Under the pieces are notes generated by a model. That model saw only the letters and a program-made list of their open reading frames with translations, searched no databases and had not been told where the DNA came from. A stretch of DNA of 56,759 nucleotides, filler included, from Dugesia japonica (lineage: Eukaryota), in assembly GCA_001938525.1 (NCBI GenBank). It is 5 parts of 5 records of this genome, joined end to end, with 100 filler letters (N's around TTAATTAATTAA, not from the genome) between each part and the next. Parts side by side here need not be neighbours in the genome. Positions count along the whole stretch, not along the records: positions 20,541 to 30,150 come from MQRL01326620.1; positions 30,251 to 39,168 come from MQRL01548959.1; 3 more parts are not named here. One strand, 5' to 3'. The stretch's first letter is position 1; each line of letters begins with the position of its first letter. Both the position numbers and the translations under genes were made by a program. Shown here one piece after another: positions 20,721 to 35,200 of this stretch.

Positions 20721-21440
20721 GAAAGTTACTCAAAATTAACTTTGTAATTATTGATGAATAAAAGTTAAATTCTTAAATTATAATACATTTCTAAACATAA
20801 GATATTATTATATAGATTCATAGGAATTATAAATTTTATGTGAAATATCCAGGTATTCTATTTATAACAATAAATTCATTAATTATTGAATTCTTCAATA
20901 TGAGGATAAAATTACAGAGTTTTCTATTAAATTCAATCCTTTTGAAATATATCATTTAATCTATAGTTCAAAATAATAAAAAAATTTAAAGAAATTATAA
21001 AACAAGAAAATTAAATTTTCTAATATTATACTAAAAATCTTCTTTTCTAAAACCTTTCTCTGCAAATTCTCTGATGTCATCTGTGAGCTGCTTTTTTCTC
21101 GAAATAATGTTTTCCATTTTAAATTATTTAAATTTTGAAAGCATTAAACAAAATTGCAAAAGNNNNNNNNNNNNNNNNNNNNNNNNNNNNNNNNNNNNNN
21201 NNNNNNNNNNNNNNNNNNNNNNNNNNNNNNNNNNNNNNNNNNNNNNNNNNNNNNNNNNNNNNNNNNNNNNNNNNNNNNNNNNNNNNNNNNNNNNNNNNNN
21301 NNNNNNAACAAATAGAGCATATCAGAATTATTATTTTTTTATTATCATATTATCAAAATATTATGAAAAAATAATCAAATGAAACAAAATTATGCGAAAA
21401 AATATTTATTAAAGTGTAAAAGGAAATTTAAGCTCATTTT

Positions 21441-21701
21441 TCAATTATCATAGCTAAAATATTTCAATGCTGATTTATGCATATCTTCAAATGTCATCGA
21501 TAACAACTCTCTGAAATAAGGATCAGCCAAGTCAGACAATAAGTGATTGCTTGACCGATAATCTTTACTTATTCTCTCTACATTACTCGCATCAAGTTGA
21601 CAAGATATTACTTCTTTAATAGCTTTCATTTGGCATTTATAATCAGTCTCTTTAATTTTAAAGTATTCCGATCCAGCAGTGATGAGAGCCTGAATCCAAT
21701 C
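21441..21701 (-). CDS. Probable terminal exon of a sesquipedalian/IPIP27-like PH-domain protein
   Basis: After acceptor TAATAG: DWIQALITAGSEYFKIKETDYKCQMKAIKE... (PH C-terminal helix plus coil) and a C-terminal FEDMH (FxxxH) motif. Upstream exons not identified. Confidence 0.45.
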   Translation of the reverse strand, partial: DWIQALITAGSEYFKIKETDYKCQMKAIKEVISCQLDASNVERISKDYRSSNHLLSDLADPYFRELLSMTFEDMHKSALKYFSYDN

Positions 21702-21859
21702 CTATTACGGATAATTGATAAATAATTATAAAAACTCAATTATTTGTAAATTTATAACTGTTATAAATTGAAAAATATAATTAAACAGGAGATAAGTGGA
21801 ACTTTTTTTTATAAATATACTTGAAGATAATTTTCATCATTTACTTTATCATCTATTCC

Positions 21860-23710
21860 TCATACAAATATTGGTACAGATCATGTAAAATTAAAAGGTA
21901 TTCAATCATTTTGGGAACCATCGTGTGTGAAACAACTTCACGACTTCCAGGGACCTATAATTATTACAGAAAGTTTATTCGCGGCTACGCAAATAAAGCT
22001 TGGAACAGCATTGCAGTAATTCCGGGAATACGAAAATAGTTTGGTCTTTAGAAATGTCAGTTGTGTTTACAGAAATGAAGAAGGCTTTAATTTCCACACA
22101 ATGATTTCCGAATCTACAGGAAGAGTTTATTTTATACACCATTGCGAGTTTTGGAACGATTGGTGCGGTACTATTGCAGAGAGATGAAGACGGAAATGAA
22201 AGAGAGATAGTGTACGATTCTCATGCGATGCCTACACACGAGCAAGGATACTACATAAATCGTAAGGAACTTTTGGTAGTATATTACTTTTGTTTAACTT
22301 TAAACATTATTTATATGGTCAACGATTTATTTTAAAAACGGATCTTGTTGCATACCATAAAGCCAATCACTGTGCAGTTTCAAATCTGTATTAATTTCCT
22401 GAGTAGCTTGGAAATAAATAAGAGTTCAGAAAAGATTAGAATTATGACAATACAGGCACGTTAAGTTGATTAAACTGTGATAAATGCATGCAGTGCCAAC
22501 TGACACGAGCAGACAAAAATGAGAAAATTGAAGACTAGGATAAGCTGATGAAATGAATATAAAGTGACGGAAAAGACTTAGTTATCAGATGAGATAATGA
22601 AACTGAAGATATACAAATCATTATGCCATGTGGGCATAAAAAAATCGGAGGAATACACAAGCTCAATATACGATGGGAGATCATTAAGATCAATAACTAG
22701 AAAGAAAGAAGCTGTACAATATGTCGAAAAGTGAAATAACGAAAAGTCGGACATTTACGCACTACTAGAAATGATATTCATAGAAATTAAAGGACCATTG
22801 AAAGAGACAAAGAATATGAAGAGTTACATTCTTGACATGATCAACAGGTGTACGAAGGATGTGGTATTATCAAGTTTAACCATACAGAGTGAAGTTACGA
22901 TTCAGGATTGTATTTGGAAGCACTGGATTCTGAAGTTTGAATGCCCTAGATTAATTTGCTCAGTCTTCGAAGCTATAGAGATGAAATAGTTCACGAATAA
23001 AGCACAGATTATGTAGCAAGTGTCAAGTCCATATCACCTTAAGACCAACATTCAAATCGAACGCCAATTTCGGACGATTAGGGATTTGCTGATTGTCTCA
23101 ATGCAATAAAGAGGAACTACGCATTGAGCAAACATTCTGTACTTAATGCGACTATACAAAAAAACACATAATTTAGTTCAGCAGAGTAAGTATTTGGGAG
23201 AAAGTTGTAAAGGGAAAGACAGTAGTCGAAAGATAAGACGAATCAGAATCAATTGTTGAGGCAATGAAGTCCTGGTAGAATTAGAATCTCGAAATAAAAA
23301 CCAATATTAGTATGAGAGACCGTTTAGAAGGGAAAGATGAGAAAGATTGATGCGGAACATCAAAAAGCTTTAAAAATTCTGGGAGGGAGATGTCAAGATA
23401 GAAAATGATATTATTTTAAGTTTGAATTTTCAGTAATGAAAAAGAAATTAATCATTTTAAAATAACAAGTATTTTATTTAAATATTGAGAATTTTAAGAA
23501 AAAGAAATGAAGAAGAGAAAATTAGAAATAACTGTTTTGTGAAAAATTTGAGATTTGTTCAATAATCAAATTTTTATTGGAATACGTAGGTTTTATTTAT
23601 TATTAGTATTATTTATTTTAGTTTTGTAAATCAGAAAATTTAAGACTTGAATGGTTCTTATTGGAAATTTACAAAAGATTTTTTATTTGTATTTTGAACT
23701 AAATATTACA
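21860..23710 (+). mobile_element. Degenerate Ty3/Gypsy pol (RT end, RNase H, integrase) with PPT and 3' LTR
   Basis: NYYRKFIRGYA, ASFGTIGAVLLQ, RKELLVVYYF, IERQFRTIRD. Purine tract GGGAGGGAGA at 23381 followed by TGTCAAG...TTACA. Confidence 0.85.
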
Positions 23711-25179
23711 AAATTATGTCTGAGTCTTATATGAACGAGTATGTATGCTCTGCCGCTAAAAACCTCCATTTCAACTTTCATTTGGTTCGTCACGCTTGTA
23801 TTCTTTTCTATTTTCTATAATTATTCTATTTAAATCTATATTTTTTTTATTTTTGCCTTTTTCTCTATTCACCTCATTTAAACTTCTACAATCTATTAAA
23901 CGATATCAATCTGTGGTTTCGTAATCGTTCTCTCCTCGGCTGTTATAATTCAAATGGTTTTCTCAATTATAATTATCTCTCATATTATACGGTCTAACTT
24001 TTTCTATCATTCACTAAAGAAGCATCACAGCGATGATTACTTTTATTTTTTAGTATATCTTTATAACGAATACGTATGTCATCATCATGATCTTGTCTAA
24101 GACCTAAAGAATCTTTTCTTTCACTATTTCGATAACTTCTACGTTTCATAGAATTGATAGAATGACTTAAATAGCCAAACAGCATTTTTACTTACAAACT
24201 GTCTTGGTTCTCGGTTTTTAGAATCACTATTTCAAGAATATTTGGAAATAATTGCCACTAATATGAATCTCTAGAAAACTGGAAGAATGCCCAAATATTC
24301 AACATTTAACAACCAGATGTTTGTTAAAACCATGAAATTCTAATTAATATTTATATTGAATTGTGTTGGTATGATTACACATAATCAATTTATTGTTGCT
24401 TTAAAAAAATAAATCAATAACCTCTACTATTAATTGTGAAAAATAGACGTTTATTTTACTAATATAGTTATCAAATAACATTTTAATAGAAGCAAAAAGT
24501 GTAAGAAACTCTGTACAAAAAATAAATTTTAAAATGTAACTTGAAAAATTTACCTGTTCCGTGAATTACAGCGGAAAAACGAATTTTTCATATAGTAAAA
24601 TTATATAGTAAAATTTTAAATTTAATAACTACATTAAGTAGAATTTATTGCTTCAAACCATTAGCAATCGACCACTGTCTAAAAATTTGTCAGTATGCTG
24701 TAAAAATTTTAAAATATTTTATTAGATTTAATAAGAACTATATCAATAGATAAAATAACGCATAACAAATTGACAATTCTCACGCGATATATGTCATATA
24801 ATTAATTAATATTAGTCTACAAACAATAGTTAATGTGCACAATTGATAAAAATCAGAATATTGAGACTATTATTAGAAAATATAATTTTGATTTTTATAT
24901 TTTTACAGTAATAATTATTTCTTAAATAATTTTTTCATTGAATCATTAATATCATAAACTTTTTAAAATACAAATACATAGAATTTTGAACATATTCATT
25001 AACTAGAGCTTTTCAAAATTTCGAAAAAAATCTTCACTATTACTGTACTATTAATTGGACATTAAAATGAAAAAATATTCAACTGAAATAAAAATTTGGT
25101 AAATAGTTAGAGCATAAATTAATAATGATAAGTTTAAAAATAAAATAATGATTGTAAGGAAATAATTAGATATTACGAC

Positions 25180-27960
25180 TGTTTTAAGATAGTATTGTCA
25201 TAATTAGTTAATTTTTATGTATTTAACAGCACCCCGTCAAAATAGGCCATGACAAAATAGCTTATATAATTAAAATTAGATAATTAAATAATTAAATCTT
25301 ACAATAATATTTTTTATAGTTATGTATTATATAATTATTAATTTAATTAATTAGTGTATTTAATTGTTTAAATATTTTATTAAATCTTAACTTTGTGTTA
25401 TTTTTGAAATCGTGTTATTATTAAATCAGATGTTGAAGATAGCGTAACTTTTATAATAAATTTTCATTTTGATTTTAAAAAAAAACATTGTATTGGGGGG
25501 TATTTTGTTTGTACTTATCAGGAGTACTTCTAGAAAATCGAATTATTTTCAATGGGATTCTCGTGAAAGTGATATTAATCGAATTCCAATGTATAGAATA
25601 GAAGAAAATATGGATGTTTTAGCAGAGCATTGTCATTGGTTCATGAATAGAACCACCAAAGTAGTCTTTTTCATCTTTGTCAATGTTTATGGAGAAAGTA
25701 AAGGAGTTTCATCTAGCTGACTGTTATCGAGATGGTGAGAATTTACGTTTACATGTGAAAATGATTTTAGCATTGAGTCTTTGTTCACGAAATTATAAGA
25801 TATAGGGTTATTAATGATCTACCGTTGAAACATGGCATCGTAGTTTTCAGCAAACAATTGATTGCCATTATCCCCTATTTTCAAACTCATTGGAAATTTT
25901 CTTAAAGAACAAGATAAAGTATAAATTGATATGCTCGTGTTAAAGCAGGCAAAGGACTACCAGAAGCATCTCCGTGGAATTGCTTACAATCTGTCCATGT
26001 AATTGATTTTTTAATAATTTATTTATTTAGCCATAAAGATTATTTACAAATTGAATTAATAAATTTAAGTATTTTTTAATATAAATATTAGATTTTATTT
26101 TTAAAAATTGTATTGGGCTATTTTGGCTAGTCACCGTATGTAACATTAACGTATATTTTCTAATGATTAATATTTATTTTTCTATGTTGTTTAAATATTA
26201 TAGTTTGGGAAAGAGTGTTTGGAAAATTTTTTTAAAGTTGAGTAGGTCATTTTAAATTTTTTTTGTTATAAATTCTTTGTTATAAATTTATTTTGTTATA
26301 ATGATATTTATTGAAATTTGGAAAAGTTATTATTTTAAATAGAATTTTTAATTTTAGAAGTATTTTTTTATATTAATAAATTTTAATCGTTATTTTGATA
26401 ATTTAATTAAAATTAATAAACTATATAATTTCATTAGAATTTTGAATCCCATGCAATTTGAAAATATCATCTGGATATTAACTATATTAAGATATTATTT
26501 ATAAAGTTTAACACAAGAGTTCCTTTTATAAATGGATATAAGTTTGAGAAAGCATCAACTTATAAAGAATTCATTCATTGGATACACATTAATCCACAAT
26601 GAAACGTAAAATTGAAAACAAGCTCTCATGCTTTAATCTCCATAAAGGGAGTTCTCATTCATATTGCAAAAGAACATCAACAGGTAGAGAGCAATTTCAA
26701 CTGTGAAATACATAAAATGGTTGCTACTTACCATTTCTATTCTGCAAAAAAGATTTACGATAAAATTTATAATTGAATAAATAAAATTTCATTTTGTAAC
26801 AATTTTTATTTTTTAATATTTGTATTAAATCTTTAAAAATTTGTAATTTTTTGATTTTGTAATTTTATTATCAACAATTTTTATTATCAATTTTTGTAAA
26901 AATTTATGACAAACTAGAAGACACCATTTTAATTATATTTAATGAATTTTTATTAAATTGTATTTTATAAATTTTTATATTTTGTCATTTTTTATAGAAT
27001 ACAATTTGTATAATTTTAAATTATTTATAATATTGTAGAAATTATATTTTTGATATAATAAATGTTATCTGAAAGTGAAGATCTTTTTAATGTAGGGTAT
27101 GTAGGTGCAACCCCTAATATGGTGACATCGGTATGGTTGATGCCCGAAGTATTGGGAAGATATGATGATGTGGAAAATTTTATAAGTAAATGCGACTTAT
27201 ACTTTGAAGAAAAAGTAATCACCAACGAGAGAGCAACAAAGTTCAGTTACTTGTATGATAGAATACGTAGAAAATTTGTGGAAAGCATAAGGTTTATAAA
27301 AGCGTTTGCGTAGAGCATTCAGTAAAGACATACTAAAAGATATAAGAGAAATGTTGGAATACAGAATACGAGAAAAAGATATTGATGTATATATTAAAAA
27401 GTAGAAGAATTTGTGGAAAAGTTATTCTCAAATAAAGAGAATTAACAGCAAAGCTTCTGGTACAGTGTGCAGGAAACAAAAGGATTGAGAAAGAAGTGAT
27501 ATTGCATAAAGTTCAGAAAGTAGATGAGATCAAAGAATAAGAAGTTATTAGATAAAGTATAAAACAACGAGGATTCGGATAATTTTATGAGCTTTGCGAA
27601 ATTATTTCAACGAACTAAAATGGACAATCGATATCTGGAAGTGAGACGACTAGAAAATCTGGTATATAAAATTAGGCGTACGGAAAATCGAAATTATGGT
27701 GAAGAACGACGAGTTAATGACATGGGGGATGTTTTAAGTTAGTATTGTCATTATTAATTATTTTTTATGTATGTAATATTAATATATATTACTTAATATT
27801 TATTTTTCTGTGTTAAAATAAAGTTGTTTAAACAATATAGTTTGGGAAACAGTGTTTAGAAGATTTTTAAAAGTTGAGTTGAGGTCATTTTTTTTATATA
27901 GTAATAAATGTTATCTGAAAGCGAAGATCTTCTAAATGTAAGGTATGTAATCCCAAACCA
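25180..27960 (+). mobile_element. Internally deleted (gag-only) LTR retrotransposon whose 5' LTR is split by two DNA-transposon insertions
   Basis: 3' LTR 27730-~27960 (TGTTTTAAG...) follows PPT ATGGGGGA. The same sequence occurs in three pieces at 25180-25222, ~26138-26255 and ~27050-27119. PBS TGGTGACATCGG at ~27120; gag-like MPEVLGRYDDVENFISKCDLYF. Confidence 0.8.
25225..26137 (+). mobile_element. MULE-derived element
   Basis: Ends CAAAATAGC / GCTATTTTG are inverted. Remnant VETWHRSFQQTIDCHYPPIFKLIGNFLKEQ matches the MULE C-terminal EGWHxxF...HPxIFKLI motif. Confidence 0.7.
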
Positions 27961-28067
27961 TAATAAATATAATTATATTAATAATTATTATAAATGAGTA
28001 TATTGAATATTGTGACTGATTTGATCTGTGCATTGTGTGTGAATGTTGAGCTTAATTATACAATATA

Positions 28068-28233
28068 CAGTAAAATCCGAATATAGAGATCATTTAGTGA
28101 CAAAATATTTGTTCAGTGTATCCGATATTTTACTATATCCGAAATAAATTTATCGGTATTGAAGAAAATTAATGTAACAAGTTAGAACCAAAAAAGTTCA
28201 TTAAAACGAAAAATCTATAAGCGGAATCTACTG
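28068..28233. mobile_element. Tigger/pogo-type MITE
   Basis: TA|CAGTAAAATCCG ... CGGAATCTACTG|TA: imperfect TIRs with TA TSD. Confidence 0.7.
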
Positions 28234-30472
28234 TAAAACTTAATGATAATTATGTGTGTATAATTACTATTTTTATTGGTAATTTTCAAATAAAATAGTT
28301 TTGACTATTGATAGTGTGAGATAAATCACAACGGGCAATTTTTTGATCAATTGTTATACATATATTTATTTATTTAAATACATAGATTTAAAAAGAAAAA
28401 GTTTGTTTAAAATCAGAATTTTTGGTGGATATAAAAATTGTAAGTATATTTTACATGATAGTTGAAATAATGAATTATGTTGATGTAATTCAAATTAATT
28501 CAGACCAAATAAATATACTAATTCGTGCTTAATTTTGATTCAGAGTTCGCATAAAATTCCCACACACCCACACACACACAAATCATACTTGCACTATATA
28601 CATACTTGCACTATATATACATGATATTCACCAAATCAACTCAAAATAATACTCGAACTAAAATCAATATGCTAATTGGCTAAGCTGAATTAATTTACCC
28701 GTTGCAAATTATATATTGACCAGACTATTCAATTTGTATTGATTCTTGTAAGGAAAAGTTTGAATATTTTTAAGTTGATATTTTTATTACGTGTAATTTT
28801 TAAATTATATATTGATTTTTTAAAAAAACGAGGTTGTTTGAATGTTTGTTTGTAAGATTTAATTTGTGAAATTTTTAGTAACTGTTTATAAGTCGTGTAA
28901 TATTCAGAGAATAAACTTAGGATTATATTTGAATATAATTGTATAATTTTTTGGTAATTATACATTCATTCAATTATTTTTTATTACATTTTATCGACTG
29001 TTTTATTCGACATTCATATTTAATCTTATAAACCGAAAACGTAAATATAAATAATACATTCAATTTTAATTCTAGAAACTTGAATGGTGTGAAATCTTGT
29101 TTATAAAGTATGTGAAAATTTCATTAAAATATTCAGTTTTAATTATCGTTAAAATTTTATGAAAAAACTATTTAAATATTTATTTTACCTATGCATACAC
29201 GAGGGTGCAACTGAACATTATAAATCAGTATAAACACTAAGTAAATACAGTTGTTCACCCTTAAAATTATTATCAGGTTAAATTTACACATGATTTCCTT
29301 TTAAAATTCCATCAATACTTGTTTTTTTATTTATACACATTTATACGTAATGTGAGGAAAAATGTAATATGAACAAAATTTTGTTTTTTAATATTCTATT
29401 TGATTTTCGAGAGCGAATTAAGTTTGAATTGAACGTTTTTCAAATACAATATTTCGGAAATGTTAAAGTTAGTGTTAATATCAATCTGTACCTATAAGTA
29501 TTAAATGTTATTTTCATTGTATGTTATTTTTTTGTAAAAAAAAGTGTTTGTGCAAAATTAAATGTGCAAACATTAAATTTTAATTAATAATAAAATTTTT
29601 TTTGATTTTAAATATTTATTATTTATTAAATTTTTACAAAGACGTTTTTATTTAAAATACGGCTTGTTATGTTAAACAAAAATGGCCCGTGAAGCCATTT
29701 AAGTTGGTCAGACCTGCTTTAAATATTAGTAATTTTAACTATTTGCTATTGTTATTAATATTTAACTAAACATTTAAGTAATTGTTGTTATTGTACTCAC
29801 AGGTTTTATTATTATGACATGTTAAAGGAAGAAAAGGAAATAACAAATGAATTATTTCTATATCTTATATTAAACTATTATCAAAATCTAAATATGGTAT
29901 AGAGTCTATTATAGACCAATATTTAATTAGTATCAATTATCCAGTAATATGAATCACAATCTTCTTTTGATTTAATAAAATTTTTGTGGAGTTGTGTTTT
30001 GTAAGTATGAATATTTGGAAAACAATTCGAAAAAATTAATGCTTCTGAGAATTATGAAGAGAAATTAAGAAAATGAAAAATCGAAAAATTTACAAAATGC
30101 TTTCATAGGGAATATTTATTGAGATATTTGCTTTTGGGAGGGAAAAGCTANNNNNNNNNNNNNNNNNNNNNNNNNNNNNNNNNNNNNNNNNNNNTTAATT
30201 AATTAANNNNNNNNNNNNNNNNNNNNNNNNNNNNNNNNNNNNNNNNNNNNACATACAATAAAACTAATACATTCATTAAACCTTATACATTATGTATCAA
30301 TGAATATTAATATCCCTCAGGACGAATTTATTGTGTAACAAAAAGTAACTAATGGGGGCTCATGTTTTATTTTATTATGTAATTGAGTGGAAATAATTGA
30401 AATTGTTAGGTAAAATGTCACATGTTATTTAGACATGTGTTTTGATTTACCGATGTATTTTTCACATGAACT

Positions 30473-30473
<1 letters not shown>

Positions 30474-30539
<66 letters not shown>

Positions 30540-30610
30540 NNNNNNNNNNNNNNNNNNNNNNNNNNNNNNNNNNNNNNNNNNNNNNNNNNAATAATAATAA
30601 TAATAATAAA
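30474..30610 (+). repeat. (AAT)n microsatellite; a (TAT)n array also at 31861-31926
   Basis: Directly visible; both abut N gaps. Confidence 0.95.
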
Positions 30611-31860
30611 TTTTAAATAAGGTCAAAAATAAGAAAATAAATTTGAATGATTTTATTTTTTGATTTTACTAACAAAACTATTTTGTTTTTTATATTTTAT
30701 GTATTTTTAAATAAGCAACTTTTATCGTCAAATAATTATTCAAGTTTTACAAACATACAATATCAAAGTAATAAAATACCCACCTGAAAAAGTTTCCAGT
30801 TTTACATTATCGTCTTTACGAGTATAGAAAAACAAACCGAAAATAAATAGTATTGATAAAATTACAAGTAAATAAACTTGATTTCTTTTCATTTTATTAT
30901 TAAAATAATCATTATAATTAAATACTGACTTTAAATAAGTAATAATTTTACATTAATAAGAGGTAAACAATCTAAAAATTCAAAACCAATCAAAATTCTG
31001 GAAAGTTTCCATTGTTAAGTAGTTTATTTACCTTCTGTCAACAGAATGAGACGAGAATCAATAAATTTTCTATCTATTAGTTGATATTGATTTTAAAAAT
31101 TAATGGTTTAAATGGTGATAGTAAATTTCTTTATTTAATTAATTAATTAATACATGCGAATATCAATAAACTTTCAATAAATTAAAAAGCCTAAATCAAA
31201 ATGTGGTTTTCTTGTTCATAATTCGAAAAGTAGGATTGATAAAAAAAGAACAACATTTTGATTTATGCTTTTTAATTTATTGAAACTGACAAAAATGTGA
31301 TCAATAATGAACTCTAATAATTATTGTCGTGAAAATTGAAATTGTAAAAATCAATAAATTTATTAATATTTACTGTAAATATTAAAGAATGTTTAGAATG
31401 AATTGATACAATTCCCTAGATATTTTCTTTGTAATAAATTTTCCAATCTCTAACATTAGATATGCTTTTTAGTGTAATCCTATTTGAAAATTATGACAAA
31501 ACATAGAAAATACAAATCAATGTATAATATTAATTCAAAAATCACCACCAACCTAATCTCTCGGTTTTTAAAATGACATTTTTATATTTTTTTCGTTAAA
31601 TTTTTCTTTAAAATTTTCTAAAATAAACTTTTACAACTTCTATTACTTTCCTTAATTTGTACAATTTGTGAAAATTTATTTTGAATTTTCTTTNNNNNNN
31701 NNNNNNNNNNNNNNNNNNNNNNNNNNNNNNNNNNNNNNNNNNNNNNNNNNNNNNNNNNNNNNNNNNNNNNNNNNNNNNNNNNNNNNNNNNNNNNNNNNNN
31801 NNNNNNNNNNNNNNNNNNNNNNNNNNNNNNNNNNNNNNNNNNNNNNNNNNNNNNNNNNNN

Positions 31861-31927
<67 letters not shown>

Positions 31928-31962
31928 GTAAAATCATTCTTATTATTTAAATCACATATTTA

Positions 31963-33244
31963 TTAGGTAGTTACATAGATTCTCGCTGTTTGTTTTAATT
32001 AACTAACTTATTAAATATTTCAGCGATAATTTAATCAATCGATAAGATTTGTTAAGTATTAATATTTAAATTTTACTATTTAATTAAGTTGTACAGCAAA
32101 CGAAAACCGTTCCATTTAATATGAATAGTTTTTATTTCAAAAAACGTACATTTGCGGGAGGCGTTGCTTTTTTGTTTTCTTCTCAAAAGAAGTACTGCAG
32201 AAAGTCATAGGATGCTTTCAGAAGCTTATGACAAGCATGCTTTGTCTGAAACATGCTGTCGAGAATGGTTTCGGCAATTCGAAATGGGTGAGTTTGATTG
32301 GCAGGATAAACAAAGTCTAGGTCAACCAAATCGCTTTTCAGATGAAGATTTGTAAATTGTGTTGATCAAAGATCGATTCAAAACAATTGAAACAATGTCA
32401 GAAATCCTTAATGTAAATAAATTTACCATAAGCAGACTATTAAAAGCCATTGGATACAAACAGAAAGTAAATNCTTGCCTCATCAATTGAAAGAAGCAAA
32501 TATCGCAAAACTAATAGACATTTATCAGACGCTGCTTAGCAGGCAAAGGAAAAAGTCCTTTTACATCGCAATATTACTAGTGATGAAAAATGGATTTCTT
32601 AATAAAATCCAAAACTAAGAAAATTATGGGTGAAGTTTGGTCAACCCGGAAAATCAACACCAAAACGAGTAATGTGTGGAAACAAGGCGATGTTATTCAT
32701 TTTGTGGGCTCAAAGAAGGATTATTTATTTTGAGCTTCTGAAAAAATGTGAAACGGTTGATGGTTGGTGTTATTAACCACAGTTAATAAAATTGAGTCAA
32801 GCATTGCACGAAAAACGGCCAGACTATTCCAATAGACATGAGACGGTTTTGTTACAGCATGATAATGCTCTATCTTACACTTCNNNNNNNNNNNNNNNNN
32901 NNNNNNNNNNNNNNNNNNNNNNNNNNNNAACTCACCTGCCATACTCAACAGACATCGCATCAAGTGATAACTACCTTTTTCGCTCAATACAACATGACCT
33001 TTGTGAACAGTACTTCAACAATCATTATGATGTCTAGAAATGGCTTGACTATTTGGTAAATTCCAAGGAAGAATAATTTCTTTATCGTGGAATTCATCTG
33101 TTGACAGTAAGGTGGGGAAATGTTGTTGGCAATAATGGACGCTACTTTGAATGAGATGTTATGTATAAATAAATGTATTTGGAGTTTTTATTTATATTTC
33201 TTCTTATTATTAAAAAAACAACTAGAATTAATGCAACTACCTAA
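31963..33244 (+). mobile_element. Full-length but inactivated mariner (Mos1-like) element
   Basis: TA|TTAGGTAGTTACAT ... ATGCAACTACCTAA|TA. Transposase remnants AESHRMLSEAY, ITSDEKWI, LQHDNA, HLPYSTDIASSDNYLFRS; several stops and frameshifts. Confidence 0.93.
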
Positions 33245-33329
33245 TAGTAATCACGCTGATTCAAAATCTATTTAATAAAACAAAACAGGATTATATAATA
33301 TATAACTCTTATCTCGCAAAACTAAACCC

Positions 33330-35200
33330 ATGTTTTAAAATATTCCATCCATCTATGTTTTATAATCCACCTGGGCAGATCAATTCAATCTGATTGGGCA
33401 AGGCAAACTTAGTGATTTTTAAAATTATTTATCTTACTGTTTTGGGGTTCTTTCTTGACCAAAACCTTGTATCCGATATTTAAATCACGTTAGCTTCGTT
33501 TATCATTTTTGAAACTGGCCATTCTTCTAGCACCAATTTCTATATTCTTTCCTGCATTCCTTTATAACTTCAGTATCTAGTTTTTTTTGGTGATTCATTC
33601 CTGAATTTTATTTATCTTGTGATCAAATACGATTTCAAAAGGCTAAACTCCGGTCAAACCTTATTCAGTTGTGTTAATACTAATTAAATCCTCGTAAGTA
33701 ACACATGCTATTTTGTTTCTTCAGGACCTCCTTTTAAAAACGTAATCATCATGTTACAGATGGTACTTATCACTGATGTTGGCACGTAGAACTTTCATCA
33801 AATCTTTCTACTTTTGTTGAAATTGCATGCTCTCAAAATTCTTTTATCTGTCTGTCAAAATACTTAGTAGTCTTCCAATTTCATATTTCTAGCTGTACAT
33901 AATTACTTTTAAAATTGATCGATCATTCAGCTTAGACAATGCACTCAATTTCACCAACCAAATATTTATAAGTGGCTCCATCTTTTTCGATGATATTTTT
34001 CACAATCATTTCCTGGAAGTGCAAGCTTCTTCTTGGAATCAATATTTCTTTTGTACGAATCTAATCTACTTTTTTTCTAGCACAAACAATACAAGCTTTC
34101 AAACACGACCTGATTGAATTATACATTGATGGCCAGTAATAATGATCTTTTAAATAATTGAATATCTTGCTCCCAAAATGACATAATTCTGAATGAATAT
34201 TTGTAACGAACTCTTGAACAAATTCTTCTGGTATTAAAATAAGATTTGTATTATCTCCTCTTGGAACCAGCAAATTGTTCACTACATTAAGACTGTTTTT
34301 CAGAGAAGAAAGAATATTTTTTTCTTAAACTTCTGACAATTCAACTCTTTCCCTTGTTGAAACTTCCTTGATAAAAATCCATTAATAACTGGATCGACGT
34401 TCTGTTCACGTTTTAGCCTCTTCAGCTGACCAACATTCTTCTGTAAAACATTTATATATCTCGTTTTAGGCTTTTCTATCTTTGTATTACTGTGTTTTGT
34501 CTGGAACTGCACACATGTGATGTCAGAAATCCTTGACAATCCATCAGCATTACCATGCATCTCGTCTTTTCTGTACTTTAAATAAAAATTAAATCCAAAT
34601 AAATTTACTAANCATGTCTGAAATTGTGGACTGGTGGAACTTTTTGTAGTATTCATAAAAACTAAGACTTTATGATCCATGCGGCAATATACTGTTTCTC
34701 ATATAGATATAGTTTAAAATGTAAAACAAATTTGTATAAGGCTAGCAACACAGCATTCCAGCGCATCAGCCGACCAATGCCTGGATCAATATGCAATAAC
34801 TGCTTCAGTATCCTTCTCTCTTCTTTGACTTAGTACTGCTTCAGTGGTACCAAAACTAGCATCTGTTTCAAGAACAAAAACTTGATTATTCCTAGGAAAG
34901 TATAATATTGGTGCATTTAATAATCTAATTTTTAGATTTTGTCAACATGATACCAATCGGTTCATTGTAAAACCTTATCTCTCCATAAAATATTAGCTTA
35001 TAATGGTGTAGCAATTTCTGTATATCGTGAAAAAAGTTTCGATAATAATATGTTATCCCAAGAACACTGCAGGTGAGAAACGTAAACATGAGATTATGCT
35101 TTAAAATTTCATCAATTTTCTGCATATTTTCTTCGGAAAGTTTTCTTAGATAATGAATTCGTTAAATTTAAGAAACGGCAATTCTAGCAGGTTGATTTTT
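33330..35200 (-). mobile_element. Degenerate Ty3/Gypsy pol (RT end, RNase H, integrase)
   Basis: YYRNF, LETDASFGT, DHKVLVF, HGNADGLSR and HHCC motif HSELCHFG...CIVCARKK. Confidence 0.85.

Noticed and set aside
23740-24290. Possible gag-like remnants here and gag/integrase-like remnants at 45870-46690
   Set aside because: Too degraded to assign by eye; no diagnostic motif recovered with confidence.
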